Shown: positions 1 through 9,397 of the stretch, in pieces | Layout of the letters: each line of letters starts with the position of its first letter | How positions within the stretch are numbered: position 1 is the stretch's first letter | Assembly: GCA_963753345.1 (NCBI GenBank) | Contig: CAVWBU010000021.1 | Span: 128,001 to 192,000 of the forward strand | Direction of reading: 5' to 3' | Origin: an uncultured Fibrobacterota bacterium | GTDB taxonomy: Bacteria > Fibrobacterota > Chitinivibrionia > Chitinivibrionales > FEN-1185 | DNA: 64,000 nt | Notes under the pieces: generated by a model | Database searches by the model: none | The model's input: the letters and a program-made list of their open reading frames with translations, nothing else | Told to the model about the DNA's origin: nothing | Made by a program: the position numbers and the translations under genes

Positions 1-25
1 TCCTCAACCTCTCAACTACTTCCTC

Positions 26-174
26 GTGGGTGCCGCCACAACAATGGATGGTCTTGCAACTACTTTTTCAAGGCGGCTACCCAGGAGGGGGTAGCGGAGG
101 ACCGGCGCGTTTCAACGCGAGTAAGGCATACGATGAGCGCGCCGGGCCGGAGCGAGGGGGATACTTCCCCCGCC
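26..174 (+). repeat. Repeat family A, copy 1 (structured intergenic repeat)
   Basis: GGGTGCCGCC...GGCGGCTACCC stem, then GAGGGGG, a variable hairpin and a terminal GGGGGATACTTCCCCC; same layout at 8 other sites. Confidence 0.85.
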
Positions 175-245
175 CAGACCATGTTTTTATCCTTGCACTG
201 CCTCCTCTGGATTTCATACCTCCGCCTCGTGTATTTTAAGCCTTC

Positions 246-659
246 ATGAAATCACCCCTGCACGAGTTCTCCATGCCCGTCACCGTCGAGTTCGAGGACG
301 TCGATTCGTATAAAATTGCGCATCACGCCAGGCTTGTCTCGTACCTGGAGCGCGCGCGGGTGCGGTACTTTACGACCCTGGGGTTCGATCTTTCCGCCGA
401 AGACATGACCGTGGTGCTGTACCACCTGGAAATGAATTTCAAGAAGCCCGCGTTCTTCCAGGACAGCCTGACGGTCTCGGTTTCCCTCAAATCGTTTGAC
501 AACTACCGCATGGTGTTGTATTATAAAATCCGCAGGGACAAGGACCTTATCGCGCGGGCTTCCACGGGCCTCTGCTTTGTGGACCCGAAAAACAAGATCA
601 TGATTCCCGCGCCGGACAAGTACGTTGAGAAAATCAACGCGCTCCTGTCAACTCATTAA
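246..659 (+). CDS. Acyl-CoA thioesterase (YbgC/FadM hot-dog family)
   Basis: V.FEDVDSYKIAHHA..VSYLERAR motif, 137 aa. Confidence 0.85.
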   Translation: MKSPLHEFSMPVTVEFEDVDSYKIAHHARLVSYLERARVRYFTTLGFDLSAEDMTVVLYHLEMNFKKPAFFQDSLTVSVSLKSFDNYRMVLYYKIRRDKDLIARASTGLCFVDPKNKIMIPAPDKYVEKINALLSTH

Positions 660-679
660 CATTCAGGATTTTCCGCGTC

Positions 680-1888
680 ATGGCTGATTCGATCGTCATT
701 ACCGGCCTTGGTCTTGTTACCGGACTGGGCCTTAATTGTTCCTCGTGCTGGAAGGCGCTCGTTAGCGGCAGCAATCCCGTGAAGCGCTTCTCCCTGTTCG
801 ATACCAAGGGTCTCACCAGCGATTTCGGTGTTGAGCTGCCACCGGAGGCGGAAGGGCTTTTCTCTTCCATAAAGCCGCGGAGCCGGTCGCAGATGACCCG
901 CGCCACCATGATCTCGGTGGTCACGGCCGAAATGGCAATTGCCGACGCAGGCCTTGCGCAAAGCGGAATTGACGCTGCGCGCATCGGGGTTATTACCGGC
1001 GCGACAGGCACCGGATATTTCTGGGACAAACCCGGCAAGGACGAGCACCGGATCCTGAGGAACATGGCCAACGCGTCGTCGTCGTGGATAAGTTTGCGCA
1101 ACAAGTACCGCGGCCCGTCGTACACCGTGAGCACCGCCTGCTCCTCCGGCGCGTACGCGTTGGCCGGCGCCATGGACCTGATCTTGACCGGCCAATGCGA
1201 TGCCGTTGTCGTGGGCTCCGCGGATTCGTCGATCAACTACGCGGACGTCGAGGGATTCCAGAGCATCATGGCCCTCTCCGAGGAAAAGGACGACATGCAG
1301 CACGCGAGCCGGCCGTTCGACGCGAAGCGCAGCGGCTTCGTGATGGGCGAGGGCGGGGGCATGCTTGTTGTCGAATCGGAAGACCATGCCAAGAAACGCG
1401 GCGCGAAACTATACGGTCGCATGTTCCGTCCCGGTCTGTCGAGCGAGGCATACAACATGCTTTCACCGCAGCCCGGCGGAACCGGCATGGCCCTCGCCAT
1501 GCAACGCGCGCTCGACAACGCGCAGCTTTCACCCGCCGACATCGACTACATCAATGCGCACGGCACGTCGACCGGGTACAACGACGTGTACGAGACCCAG
1601 GCGATCAAGACGGTCTTCGGGACCGCGGCTGCATCGATTCCTGTGTCGTCAACAAAGCCGCAGACCGGTCACTGCCTCGCGGGCGCCGCGGGCGTGGAGG
1701 CCGTGATTGCCGTTCTGTCGCTGTGCGAAAACATCGTGCCCGCGACACTCAACCTGCGAAACCCCGATCCGCAATGCGACCTGGACTACGTCCCCAACCG
1801 GTGCCGCGCAAAGCAGCTTGACGCCGTGATGTCGAATTCATTCGCGTTCGGCGGCCACAACGGCGTGTGCGTGTTCGCCAGGCTATGA
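680..1888 (+). CDS. fabF: Beta-ketoacyl-ACP synthase II
   Basis: STACSS (Cys), INAHGTST (His), GHCLAG (His), SNSFAFGGHN C-terminus. Confidence 0.9.
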   Translation: MADSIVITGLGLVTGLGLNCSSCWKALVSGSNPVKRFSLFDTKGLTSDFGVELPPEAEGLFSSIKPRSRSQMTRATMISVVTAEMAIADAGLAQSGIDAARIGVITGATGTGYFWDKPGKDEHRILRNMANASSSWISLRNKYRGPSYTVSTACSSGAYALAGAMDLILTGQCDAVVVGSADSSINYADVEGFQSIMALSEEKDDMQHASRPFDAKRSGFVMGEGGGMLVVESEDHAKKRGAKLYGRMFRPGLSSEAYNMLSPQPGGTGMALAMQRALDNAQLSPADIDYINAHGTSTGYNDVYETQAIKTVFGTAAASIPVSSTKPQTGHCLAGAAGVEAVIAVLSLCENIVPATLNLRNPDPQCDLDYVPNRCRAKQLDAVMSNSFAFGGHNGVCVFARL

Positions 1889-2997
1889 GCCGCCCCGTTT
1901 ATCTCGCGGGCACCGGCGCATTTCTCCCGGGCGACCCCATTCCCTTCGACAGGATCGACGCAATGCTCGGGCCGCTTGACGCCGCCCCCGCGGGGGTTAA
2001 GAAGTGGTATGCGTCGCGAACGCCGGTGATGCGCGAGATCCTCGACGTTTCGTATGTGCATTACGCAATAGACCCTGTCACGCGCGAGTTTACCGAAGAC
2101 AACGTCACCATGGCGGTGAAGGCCGCGAGAAAAGCGCTTGACGCAGCGGGAATGGCGCCTGCGGACATCGACCTCATCTGCTACGGCAGCGCGCACCAGG
2201 ACCAGATGCCCACCGCGTCGGTGCGCATCCAGGAGGCGCTGGGCATTGACAGGTGCGACGAGCTGTCGATCCACGCCAACTGCACGTCGGCCTACAAGGC
2301 GCTGTACCTTGCGCACCAGCTTGTCGCGGGCGGAAAAAATAAAAACGCGCTCGTGCTGTCGTCGAATATCTCGTCGTCGGAATTGCGCGCCGAATACTAC
2401 AACCAGCCGCTTGTCGACAAGGAATCGCTGTTTCTGCGCTGGTTCCTCTGCGACGGCAGCGGCGCGGCCGTTGTCACCGCCGACCGTGCACGGTCGGCCG
2501 GATACGAGCTGGAATTCACCTTTATCGAATCGGTGGGCGGCAAACGACCGTCGCTCATGTACAACGAGCGTCCCGCACTGTGGCTCCCGCCCGACCGCGA
2601 GTTTGCCGAGGGCCGCCATCATCTGCGCCAGAAGTTCCGCAACGCGCTGTCGACTCCGGTGTTCCAGGAGAAGGACGGCTCGGTATTTTTCAACGGCCTC
2701 AAGCGGATGCTCGCGCGCGGAAACGTGCCCGTTGACAAAATAAAGTTGTTTCAGGTTAACATGCCCACGCGGCACATTATAGAATCCATCATGGACGAAT
2801 GCGTGAGCATCGGCATTAAACGCGAGGCGCTGTATTCGAGGCTCCGCGACCTCGGGTATTGCGGCCCGCCCATGGTGTTTATCTGTCTTGATGAAATAAT
2901 AAAGAACGAGCACATTGACAAAGGGGATAGAATCGTAAGTTTTGTGACAGAGGTCAGCAAGTTTATGCAGGCAGGATATTCAATAGTAAAAAATTAG
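1885..2997 (+). CDS. KAS III-type ketosynthase, StlD/DarB-like
   Basis: ATGA overlap with the fabF stop; HANCTS Cys motif; FLRWFLCDGSGA and VTEVSKF resemble DarB-type motifs. Confidence 0.7.
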   Translation: MSRPVYLAGTGAFLPGDPIPFDRIDAMLGPLDAAPAGVKKWYASRTPVMREILDVSYVHYAIDPVTREFTEDNVTMAVKAARKALDAAGMAPADIDLICYGSAHQDQMPTASVRIQEALGIDRCDELSIHANCTSAYKALYLAHQLVAGGKNKNALVLSSNISSSELRAEYYNQPLVDKESLFLRWFLCDGSGAAVVTADRARSAGYELEFTFIESVGGKRPSLMYNERPALWLPPDREFAEGRHHLRQKFRNALSTPVFQEKDGSVFFNGLKRMLARGNVPVDKIKLFQVNMPTRHIIESIMDECVSIGIKREALYSRLRDLGYCGPPMVFICLDEIIKNEHIDKGDRIVSFVTEVSKFMQAGYSIVKN

Positions 2998-3014
2998 TTC
3001 TTAGAAAATATTTT

Positions 3015-3165
3015 GGTGGGGGAAGTATCCCCCTGGGGTGCCATGTCGAGACTCAAGGTCATGATTTAAATCTGATGTCTCGACATTGGCACCCACACCC
3101 CCTCCTGGGTGCACCCCAAGAGAGGGTAGCTGCAAGAATCAAGCACCTGTGTGGGGGCACCCGCG
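3015..3165 (-). repeat. Repeat family A, copy 2
   Basis: Reverse complement reads GGGTGCCCCCA...TGGGGTGCACCCAGGAGGGGG-TGTGGGTGCCAATGTCGAGAC...GTCTCGACATGGCACCCCA-GGGGGATACTTCCCCC. Confidence 0.85.
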
Positions 3166-3387
3166 TAGTGCGGTTGTTGACGGAAGAGGAATTGGCTTGT
3201 TTGAATAGCACAGCCCGCGCATTCCCCGCGACTTGGCGCGGGGAATGCGGGCGAATATTTATTATTCTATTTCCTTAGCTATGGAAGATCCCCGCCACTT
3301 GGGGCGGGGTTCTTCAATCCACCACAACGTGGTGGAATATCCCAGCCCGGGGCAACGCCCCGGGAATACAAGGAGAACAAAGCACAT

Positions 3388-3439
3388 TTCCCCTCTCCAC
3401 TTGTGGAGAGGGGTGGCCGCGACAGCGGACGGGGTGAGG
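3388..3439 (-). repeat. REP-like palindrome (CCTCACCCC...CCCTCTCC-loop-GGAGAGGG)
   Basis: Hairpin CCCCTCTCCAC/GTGGAGAGGGG; related copy at 49649-49686. Confidence 0.6.
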
Positions 3440-3488
3440 CGACCGTTTGGCGCCAAAAGGTAATTGACTTAAAAGAATCCTTCCGCCG

Positions 3489-3648
3489 CGCGTTAGGTGG
3501 ACCGGAGGGTGAGCTGGAGCGAATTGCCGGCCGACCCGGCCGTCAGGCATAGGGCGGTCCGGCAACGAGGCGAACAGCCGAGCCCGCAGGGAGACCGACC
3601 CCATGGAGAGCCGCACGGCAGTGCGGCTCTCCATGGGGGAACGCCCAA
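3489..3648 (-). repeat. Repeat family B, copy 1
   Basis: Reverse complement reads TTGGGCGTTCCCC[hairpin]GGGTCGG...CCTCCGGTCCACCTAACGCG. Confidence 0.85.
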
Positions 3649-3663
3649 GGTATTTGTATTATT

Positions 3664-4590
3664 ATGATTGAAAATCAAAAATCAGCATTTGTATTTCCCG
3701 GCGCCGCAGTCGAACCCTGCGGCGCGGAAGCGGCGTTCTACGCGAAACACCGGGAGGTGATGCGGCCGTTTCTTGTCAAGGCGTCCGGTGCGGCGGGGAT
3801 CGACCTTGAGCAAACCCTGGACAAGGGCCTGCTTTCAGAACTTGACGAACGCAACAGCCAGCTTTTTACCTTTGCGTACTCGCACGCCGTGGCCCAGGCG
3901 CACCGGCGTGCGGGCGTGTCGCCCGCGGCGGTCGCGGGGTACAGCCTCGGGATCTACGCTGCGATAACCGTTTCCGGCGCCCTGGCATTCGACCAAGGCC
4001 TGTCCGTTGTCGGCGCCGTGTTCGACATCATGAAGGAGCAATGCGCCGGCGGCGCCTACGCCATGGGCGCCGTGGTGGGGCTCTTGCAATCGGACACGGA
4101 TCGAATCGTCGCATCCGGAAAGTTCCCGTCGATATGCCGCACCAACACCAACAACGAGACATGCGGCGTGTTTTCCGGCACAAAAGCGGACATCGAGGCG
4201 TTTTTTGCCGAGGCACGCACCGAAGGCGCGCTCTCCACGGTCACCTTCAGGGTGAGCATCCCATACCATCATCCAAAATTCATCGGCGGCGCATCGGCCA
4301 GGTTTGTCCGCGTCCTGGAGGATTTTTCGTTTTGCGACGCGGCCGTGCCGGTGATCTCCTCCATCGACCAGAAGCCGCTTGTCAAGGCCGGCGACCTTGT
4401 GGAGTTCGTCGTGAAGAACTTTTCCTCGCCCGTGCACTGGCAGAAGGTGACAGAGACCATTGCCGCCATGAGAGTCACCACGGTGTACGAGTGCGGGCCG
4501 GGCATCTCCCTGCGCCAGAACGGAAGGTTCATTCCCAACCGTCTGCGCTATATCACGGTCAAGAGAGCAACCAGGAGCAACGCTGTTTGA
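3664..4590 (+). CDS. fabD: ACP S-malonyltransferase-like acyltransferase
   Basis: AFVFPG, GYSLG nucleophile motif, PYHH, SPVHW, ECGPG. Confidence 0.8.
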   Translation: MIENQKSAFVFPGAAVEPCGAEAAFYAKHREVMRPFLVKASGAAGIDLEQTLDKGLLSELDERNSQLFTFAYSHAVAQAHRRAGVSPAAVAGYSLGIYAAITVSGALAFDQGLSVVGAVFDIMKEQCAGGAYAMGAVVGLLQSDTDRIVASGKFPSICRTNTNNETCGVFSGTKADIEAFFAEARTEGALSTVTFRVSIPYHHPKFIGGASARFVRVLEDFSFCDAAVPVISSIDQKPLVKAGDLVEFVVKNFSSPVHWQKVTETIAAMRVTTVYECGPGISLRQNGRFIPNRLRYITVKRATRSNAV

Positions 4591-5649
4591 GCACAACCAT
4601 CTGCATTGCCGGAAGCGGGAAGATCGCCCGCGACGCGGGGATGTTTTTCCTCAAAAAGGGACATGCCGTGTGCTGGGTGTCGGCCGGCGAGAATCGGCTC
4701 ATCGAGCTTCAGACGTGGATCAGCAAGCACGTTCAAAGTTTGATGAAATATTCCGGCGGCGCCGTGCGGGAGATGAGCGCTTCCTTCGCACTGTACGACG
4801 AACTGAAAAACGAATCATTCGACGTGGTATTCGAATGCACCAGGGAATCGCTTGATGTCAAGCATAACGTGTTTAACCGTCTCGCTGGACATTCAAGCAA
4901 GGATTGCCTTCTGTTCTCGTCTTCGTCGTCAATCCTTCCCTCTGCGATCAAACAGGGATGCCTTGGCCTTCATGTGTTTTACCCGCTTGAACTCACCGGG
5001 CTTGCCGAACTGGTCATCCCGCCTGACCTTCCAGGGTCGAAACGCGACTCGGCGATTGCTTTCTGTAAAGAAAACGGCATTACCTGCATCGTACAAGAAT
5101 GAGGCGAACGCTTTTGCAGTGAACCGCCTTCTCCTGCCGCTTCAGAACGAAGTCTTCGCCGCGATTGAACGCGGCATTTCGTATGATGATGCCGACGCGG
5201 CGTCCTCGTCGCCCCTGTGCCGCTTTGGCATGTGCGAATTCGCGCGAAAGGTCGGCTCGGCGGTCGTTGCCGCTTCGGTTGCAAACTACCGGTCGCGCAT
5301 GGCCGCGCCAGCAAGCGCGCAGTTCGAAACGCTGTCGCGCGGGCTGGCGGCCTTCGATGGTTCGATTGGACGATGGAGGTCGGGGAGGAAGCTGGACAGC
5401 CGGGAACGCGAGGAATTGTCGACCAGCCTGTATTATCTATTTATCAACACTTGCCTCTCTGTTTCTTGGACGGCGGCAAATCAGCACAACAGATCTGGAC
5501 TTGGTGCTGGACTCGGTACTGGGAGCAGACGTGACGCTAGAGCAGGCAATCATGCCCGTGAAGGAAGGCCGCGCATCGCGGAGACGCTGAAGAGAGATCC
5601 GCACCAAGGGCGGGTATGAGTATTTCGAGCCTTCTGACGCTCCCTGACA
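4587..5649 (+). CDS. 3-hydroxyacyl-CoA dehydrogenase-like protein (frameshifted near 5098 and probably near 5460; 3' end uncertain)
   Basis: TTG start overlapping the fabD stop; IAGSGKIA Rossmann motif, ECTRESLDVK, LHVFYP, then AFAVNRLL in the next frame. Confidence 0.65.
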
Positions 5650-5683
5650 TAAGCTCAATTCGACCGCAGCAGGAGAAACTCAC

Positions 5684-6409
5684 ATGAAACTCCTTTACTC
5701 AATAGACAACGCCATCGGGCGCATCGTTCTTTCCAATCCGCCCTTCAATTACCTTCCGGAGCCGGAGTTCGAGCGCCCTGGAGTCCTGCGTGACTTTTTG
5801 TCCAGCCCTGAACTTAAAGCCGTGACGGTGACGGGCGAGGGACGGCATTTCTGCGCCGGTGCGTCCAAAGAGCGCCTTGACGAGATGGCCCGCGATGGTA
5901 CATTGCTTAAACGGAACCTTGACAAGGGCAAGGCCCTGCTCGACATCATCCGGTACGCAACGGTTCCTGTCGCGGCCGCCGTTCGCGGCAGCTGCCTGGG
6001 CGGCGGTCTCGAAATCGCGCTTGCCTGCCATTTCCGGATCGCCGCGGCAACGGCCATGTTCGGGTTTCCCGAATCCGGGAGCGATCTAATGCCCGGGCTG
6101 GGCGGGACCGTGGCTGCCCAGGAGAAAATGAGCAGGGCAGGCGTAATAGACCTTGCCGTGTCGGGCAGAATGATCGGCGCAGACGAAGCGCTGTCCATGG
6201 GAATCATTGACAAAAGCTGCCCGCCCGCCGCAGTGGAGCGCGAGGCGCGGCAGTTTCTGGAGCGGCTCACCGAGGGCCGGTCTTGCCGGCTGATACGGAA
6301 GATCATGGAATCCATCCACAACGCGCGGCGGCTGTCTTGTGCCGATGCCCTGGCGAGGGAGACGGAACTGTTCTGCGAGGCGGCGCGGGAGGCGAATGAC
6401 GAGGAGTAA
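5684..6409 (+). CDS. Enoyl-CoA hydratase/isomerase
   Basis: HFCAGA, GGGLEIALAC, FGFPE..LMPGLGGT. Confidence 0.85.
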   Translation: MKLLYSIDNAIGRIVLSNPPFNYLPEPEFERPGVLRDFLSSPELKAVTVTGEGRHFCAGASKERLDEMARDGTLLKRNLDKGKALLDIIRYATVPVAAAVRGSCLGGGLEIALACHFRIAAATAMFGFPESGSDLMPGLGGTVAAQEKMSRAGVIDLAVSGRMIGADEALSMGIIDKSCPPAAVEREARQFLERLTEGRSCRLIRKIMESIHNARRLSCADALARETELFCEAAREANDEE

Positions 6410-6451
6410 AAGAAACAACGCTGGGGGACGGGTTCGGAATGCCAGAGCACC

Positions 6452-6835
6452 ATGAACCTGCACGCGTCCATTCCTTTCTCGAAATCGTGCCATTGGCGCT
6501 ATGTCATGAAATCCAAGACACGGCAGATACGCATGAGCTTTCCCTCCAAAGAGGTGTCTCGGTTGTCCGCGGTTCCCCTCCGCACCGTTACGGGAATGAT
6601 TGCGGCGAAAGAAGCGGTCGCGACCCTTGCCGCAGCCCTCTATGGCGTCCGTATGAGCCTGCGCGATATCAGCCTGACGCATTCGTCAACCGGCCATCCG
6701 CGGCTGTTGCCGCCGTCGCCGCAGGTGCGGTCTCGAATTCCCGCATGGCGATCCATTCGAATCTCGATTTCCCATACCGCAACCCACGCATTCGGACTTG
6801 CAGTGATTTCCACAAAGGAGTCGGTGCATGCCTGA
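6452..6835 (+). CDS. AcpS-like 4'-phosphopantetheinyl transferase (degenerate N-terminus)
   Basis: AAKEA, G.P.L and ISISHT motifs; no N-terminal GxD. Confidence 0.55.
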   Translation: MNLHASIPFSKSCHWRYVMKSKTRQIRMSFPSKEVSRLSAVPLRTVTGMIAAKEAVATLAAALYGVRMSLRDISLTHSSTGHPRLLPPSPQVRSRIPAWRSIRISISHTATHAFGLAVISTKESVHA

Positions 6836-7433
6836 GAGCCCGATAACGCTGATCCGCAGAGGCCTGATGGCGCATCTCGTGCTTTCCGCCCCGCCGAAAA
6901 ACGAAATGGGCAGCGCGTTTTTCGGCGAGTTGTCGCGCGTCGTACCCGCGCTTGCGCCCCTGCCCGTAAAGGGCATGATCGTTGGCGGCGAGGGCCGCCA
7001 TTTTTCGTCCGGCGCAAACCTGAGCGAACTGCGCGCGATGCTCGGCCGGTCGTCCGGCGGGAAGGGGATGCGCACGCTTGTTGACAACAGCGAAAGCTTT
7101 TCCGCGATCGCCTCGCTGCCGTTTCCCACGGTCGCCGCCATCCGGGGCTGCTGTCTGGGGAGCGGGCTGGAACTGGCGCTGGCCTGCCGCTACCGCATTG
7201 CGGAACATAGCGCCGTGCTCGGCCTGCCCGAGGCGACGTTCGGCATCATGCCCGGGTGCGGCGGCACGGTGCGGCTCACAAGACTGGTGGGGTACGGGAA
7301 GGCGATGGAAATGATATTGACAGGCGCGTCGATGCTCGCTGCCGATGCGCTGGCGATAGGGCTGGTTGATGCGGTGGTGGGCAAAGAGGAAATTGACATA
7401 ACGGCAATGAGGTTCATCGAGCGGCTGGGGTAG
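6828..7433 (+). CDS. Enoyl-CoA hydratase/isomerase
   Basis: HFSSGA, GSGLELALAC, LGLPE..GIMPGCGGT. Confidence 0.85.
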   Translation: MPESPITLIRRGLMAHLVLSAPPKNEMGSAFFGELSRVVPALAPLPVKGMIVGGEGRHFSSGANLSELRAMLGRSSGGKGMRTLVDNSESFSAIASLPFPTVAAIRGCCLGSGLELALACRYRIAEHSAVLGLPEATFGIMPGCGGTVRLTRLVGYGKAMEMILTGASMLAADALAIGLVDAVVGKEEIDITAMRFIERLG

Positions 7434-7611
7434 GGCGGAGCGCAAAAGCCGCTCTTTGGTTTCGATTATGTATATTATTCAGCGGCCTTGGTTCACAGCG
7501 CCCTTTCGGTTGAAGCGTGTAGATTCAAGACATGAGAACAATTGACAAGTACCGTTGACTCCTGACAATCTACATTCTACAATTTTGAAAAACGATAGGA
7601 CACATTGTTTC

Positions 7612-8907
7612 ATGAAACCCATTCCCATCATCAACCTTTCCAGCTCCTCCGGCAAACGAATGCTCCGCCGCATCAGCGAATCCCGGCAGGCGCGCGAAGG
7701 CCGCGCGCAGGAGGTCGTGGCAAAAATTCTTGCCGACGTGCAAAGGCGCGGCGACTCGGCGCTGTTCGCGTATTCAAGGAAATTCGACGGCACCCTGGTT
7801 TCGGGCAGGACAATACGGGTTTCCCGCGCGTACATTCGGGCTCGCGCGCGTCTCGCACCCGCTGCATTCAGGCGCTCATGCGCAGAGGCGGCAAAGCACA
7901 TCCGCGCGTATCACGAAAGGCAGAAGCCCTGCGTTTTCAGCATGCGGACTGCGGAGGGCGAGCTGTCCCAGATCGTGAGGCCGGTCCGGCGCGCGGGCGT
8001 GTACGTTCCGGGCGGACACACGTTGTATCCGTCAAGCGTGCTCATGAACGTGATTCCCGCGCAGATCGCGGGCGTTTCCGAAATCGCGGTCGCGACCCCG
8101 CCCAGGGGCGAGCTCGATCCGGGCATTGCATTTGCGCTCGATCTGCTCGGTGCGTACGAAGTCTACCGCATGGGCGGCGCCCAGGCGGTTGCGGCGTTTG
8201 CGTACGGGACAAAGAGTGTTCCCGCGGTTGACAAAATCGTAGGCCCCGGCAACCTGTATGTCGCGCTTGCAAAGAAGGCAGTATACGGCACAGTGGACAT
8301 CGACGCGGTGGCCGGCCCCAGCGAGGTGATCATACTTGCCGACAAATCGGCAAATCCCGCGTGGGTGGCGCTCGACCTTCTTGCCCAGGCCGAGCATGGC
8401 AGCGGCGACGAGACCGCCTTCTGCGTTACCGAAGACGCTGCGTTCGCCCGCCGCGTGCAGGCCGCGGTCGCGGCCGAAATCCGAAGGTCGCCGGTGCGTA
8501 CGGTTTTTGAAAAACTCGGCCCTTTCTCGCTCTGCATCTGCCTCGGCCGCAGCCGCACTCAAAGTATAGACTTTGTCAACCAATGCGCTCCCGAGCATTT
8601 GGAAATAATGACTGCCACCTGCAAACAAGACCTCGCCCTGGTCCGCAACGCTGGCGCGATTTTTCTCGGTCCGTATTCGCCTGTCGCTCTGGGCGATTAT
8701 TTCGCGGGCACCAACCACGTGCTGCCCACGGGCGGCGCCGCGCGCTTCGCCTCGGGCCTGGGCGTGGAGAGCTTTGTCAAGCGCATGTCCGTCGCTTGCA
8801 TCAATAAAGAAGGACTTCGCAGTGCGGCAGGCCACGTGTCGGTGCTTGCGAGGGCGGAGGAGTTTGTCCACCATGCGAGGAGTGTCGAGCGGAGAGCAAG
8901 GGCATAA
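7612..8907 (+). CDS. hisD: Histidinol dehydrogenase
   Basis: [33 protein letters not shown]. Confidence 0.95.
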   Translation: MKPIPIINLSSSSGKRMLRRISESRQAREGRAQEVVAKILADVQRRGDSALFAYSRKFDGTLVSGRTIRVSRAYIRARARLAPAAFRRSCAEAAKHIRAYHERQKPCVFSMRTAEGELSQIVRPVRRAGVYVPGGHTLYPSSVLMNVIPAQIAGVSEIAVATPPRGELDPGIAFALDLLGAYEVYRMGGAQAVAAFAYGTKSVPAVDKIVGPGNLYVALAKKAVYGTVDIDAVAGPSEVIILADKSANPAWVALDLLAQAEHGSGDETAFCVTEDAAFARRVQAAVAAEIRRSPVRTVFEKLGPFSLCICLGRSRTQSIDFVNQCAPEHLEIMTATCKQDLALVRNAGAIFLGPYSPVALGDYFAGTNHVLPTGGAARFASGLGVESFVKRMSVACINKEGLRSAAGHVSVLARAEEFVHHARSVERRARA

Positions 8908-8920
8908 TATCTAAATACAG

Positions 8921-9243
8921 TTGGGCGTTCCCCCCTGAAGAGCCGCACTGCCGAGCGGCTCTTCAGGGGGGTCGGTTCCACCCCTCCGGGTGCTTCGAGG
9001 CGTCGTCCTTCCGGTCCACCCCTTCGGGTGCTTCTCCCTCGTCAGGGATTTCCAAGGGTCACAAGGGTCGTCGGCCTTCGGCCTCGGGCCATCTAATTGC
9101 AGAATGTAGATTGTAGAATGTAGATTTGAAATGCGAAGACCAACCGGAATGTTTTTTCAATCTACAATCATCAATCTAAAATCTACAATTAAGAGTCCGG
9201 GCGGCATCCCGCTTTGGCGGGACCTCCAGTCGCCCCTAACGCG
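8921..9243 (+). repeat. Repeat family B, copy 2 (expanded by an internal heptamer hairpin)
   Basis: TTGGGCGTTCCCC...GGGTCGG...CCTCCAGTCGCCCCTAACGCG, with GTAGATT/AATCTAC arrays at 9096-9190. Confidence 0.85.
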
Positions 9244-9397
9244 AAAGTCAAAAAACGGAAAACTGACAAAAGGTAATTAAAAATTGGGAACAGGGTGTGG
9301 ATGGATTTATTTTGATCAGTAAGGCAATGCTTTAGTAAAAACCGCTCGCGCCTGGCGTTTGAAGATGGATGCTTATCATATCAAATAGGATCCGTTC

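Noticed and set aside
30-239. Short ORFs overlapping the A and B repeats (also 3075-3678, 12620-12847, 28465-28884, 31497-31904, 49588-49935, 63002-63268) and the long N-terminal extensions of the 41206 and 56883 ORFs
   Set aside because: They are by-products of GC-rich palindromic repeats; conservation follows base pairing, not codons.
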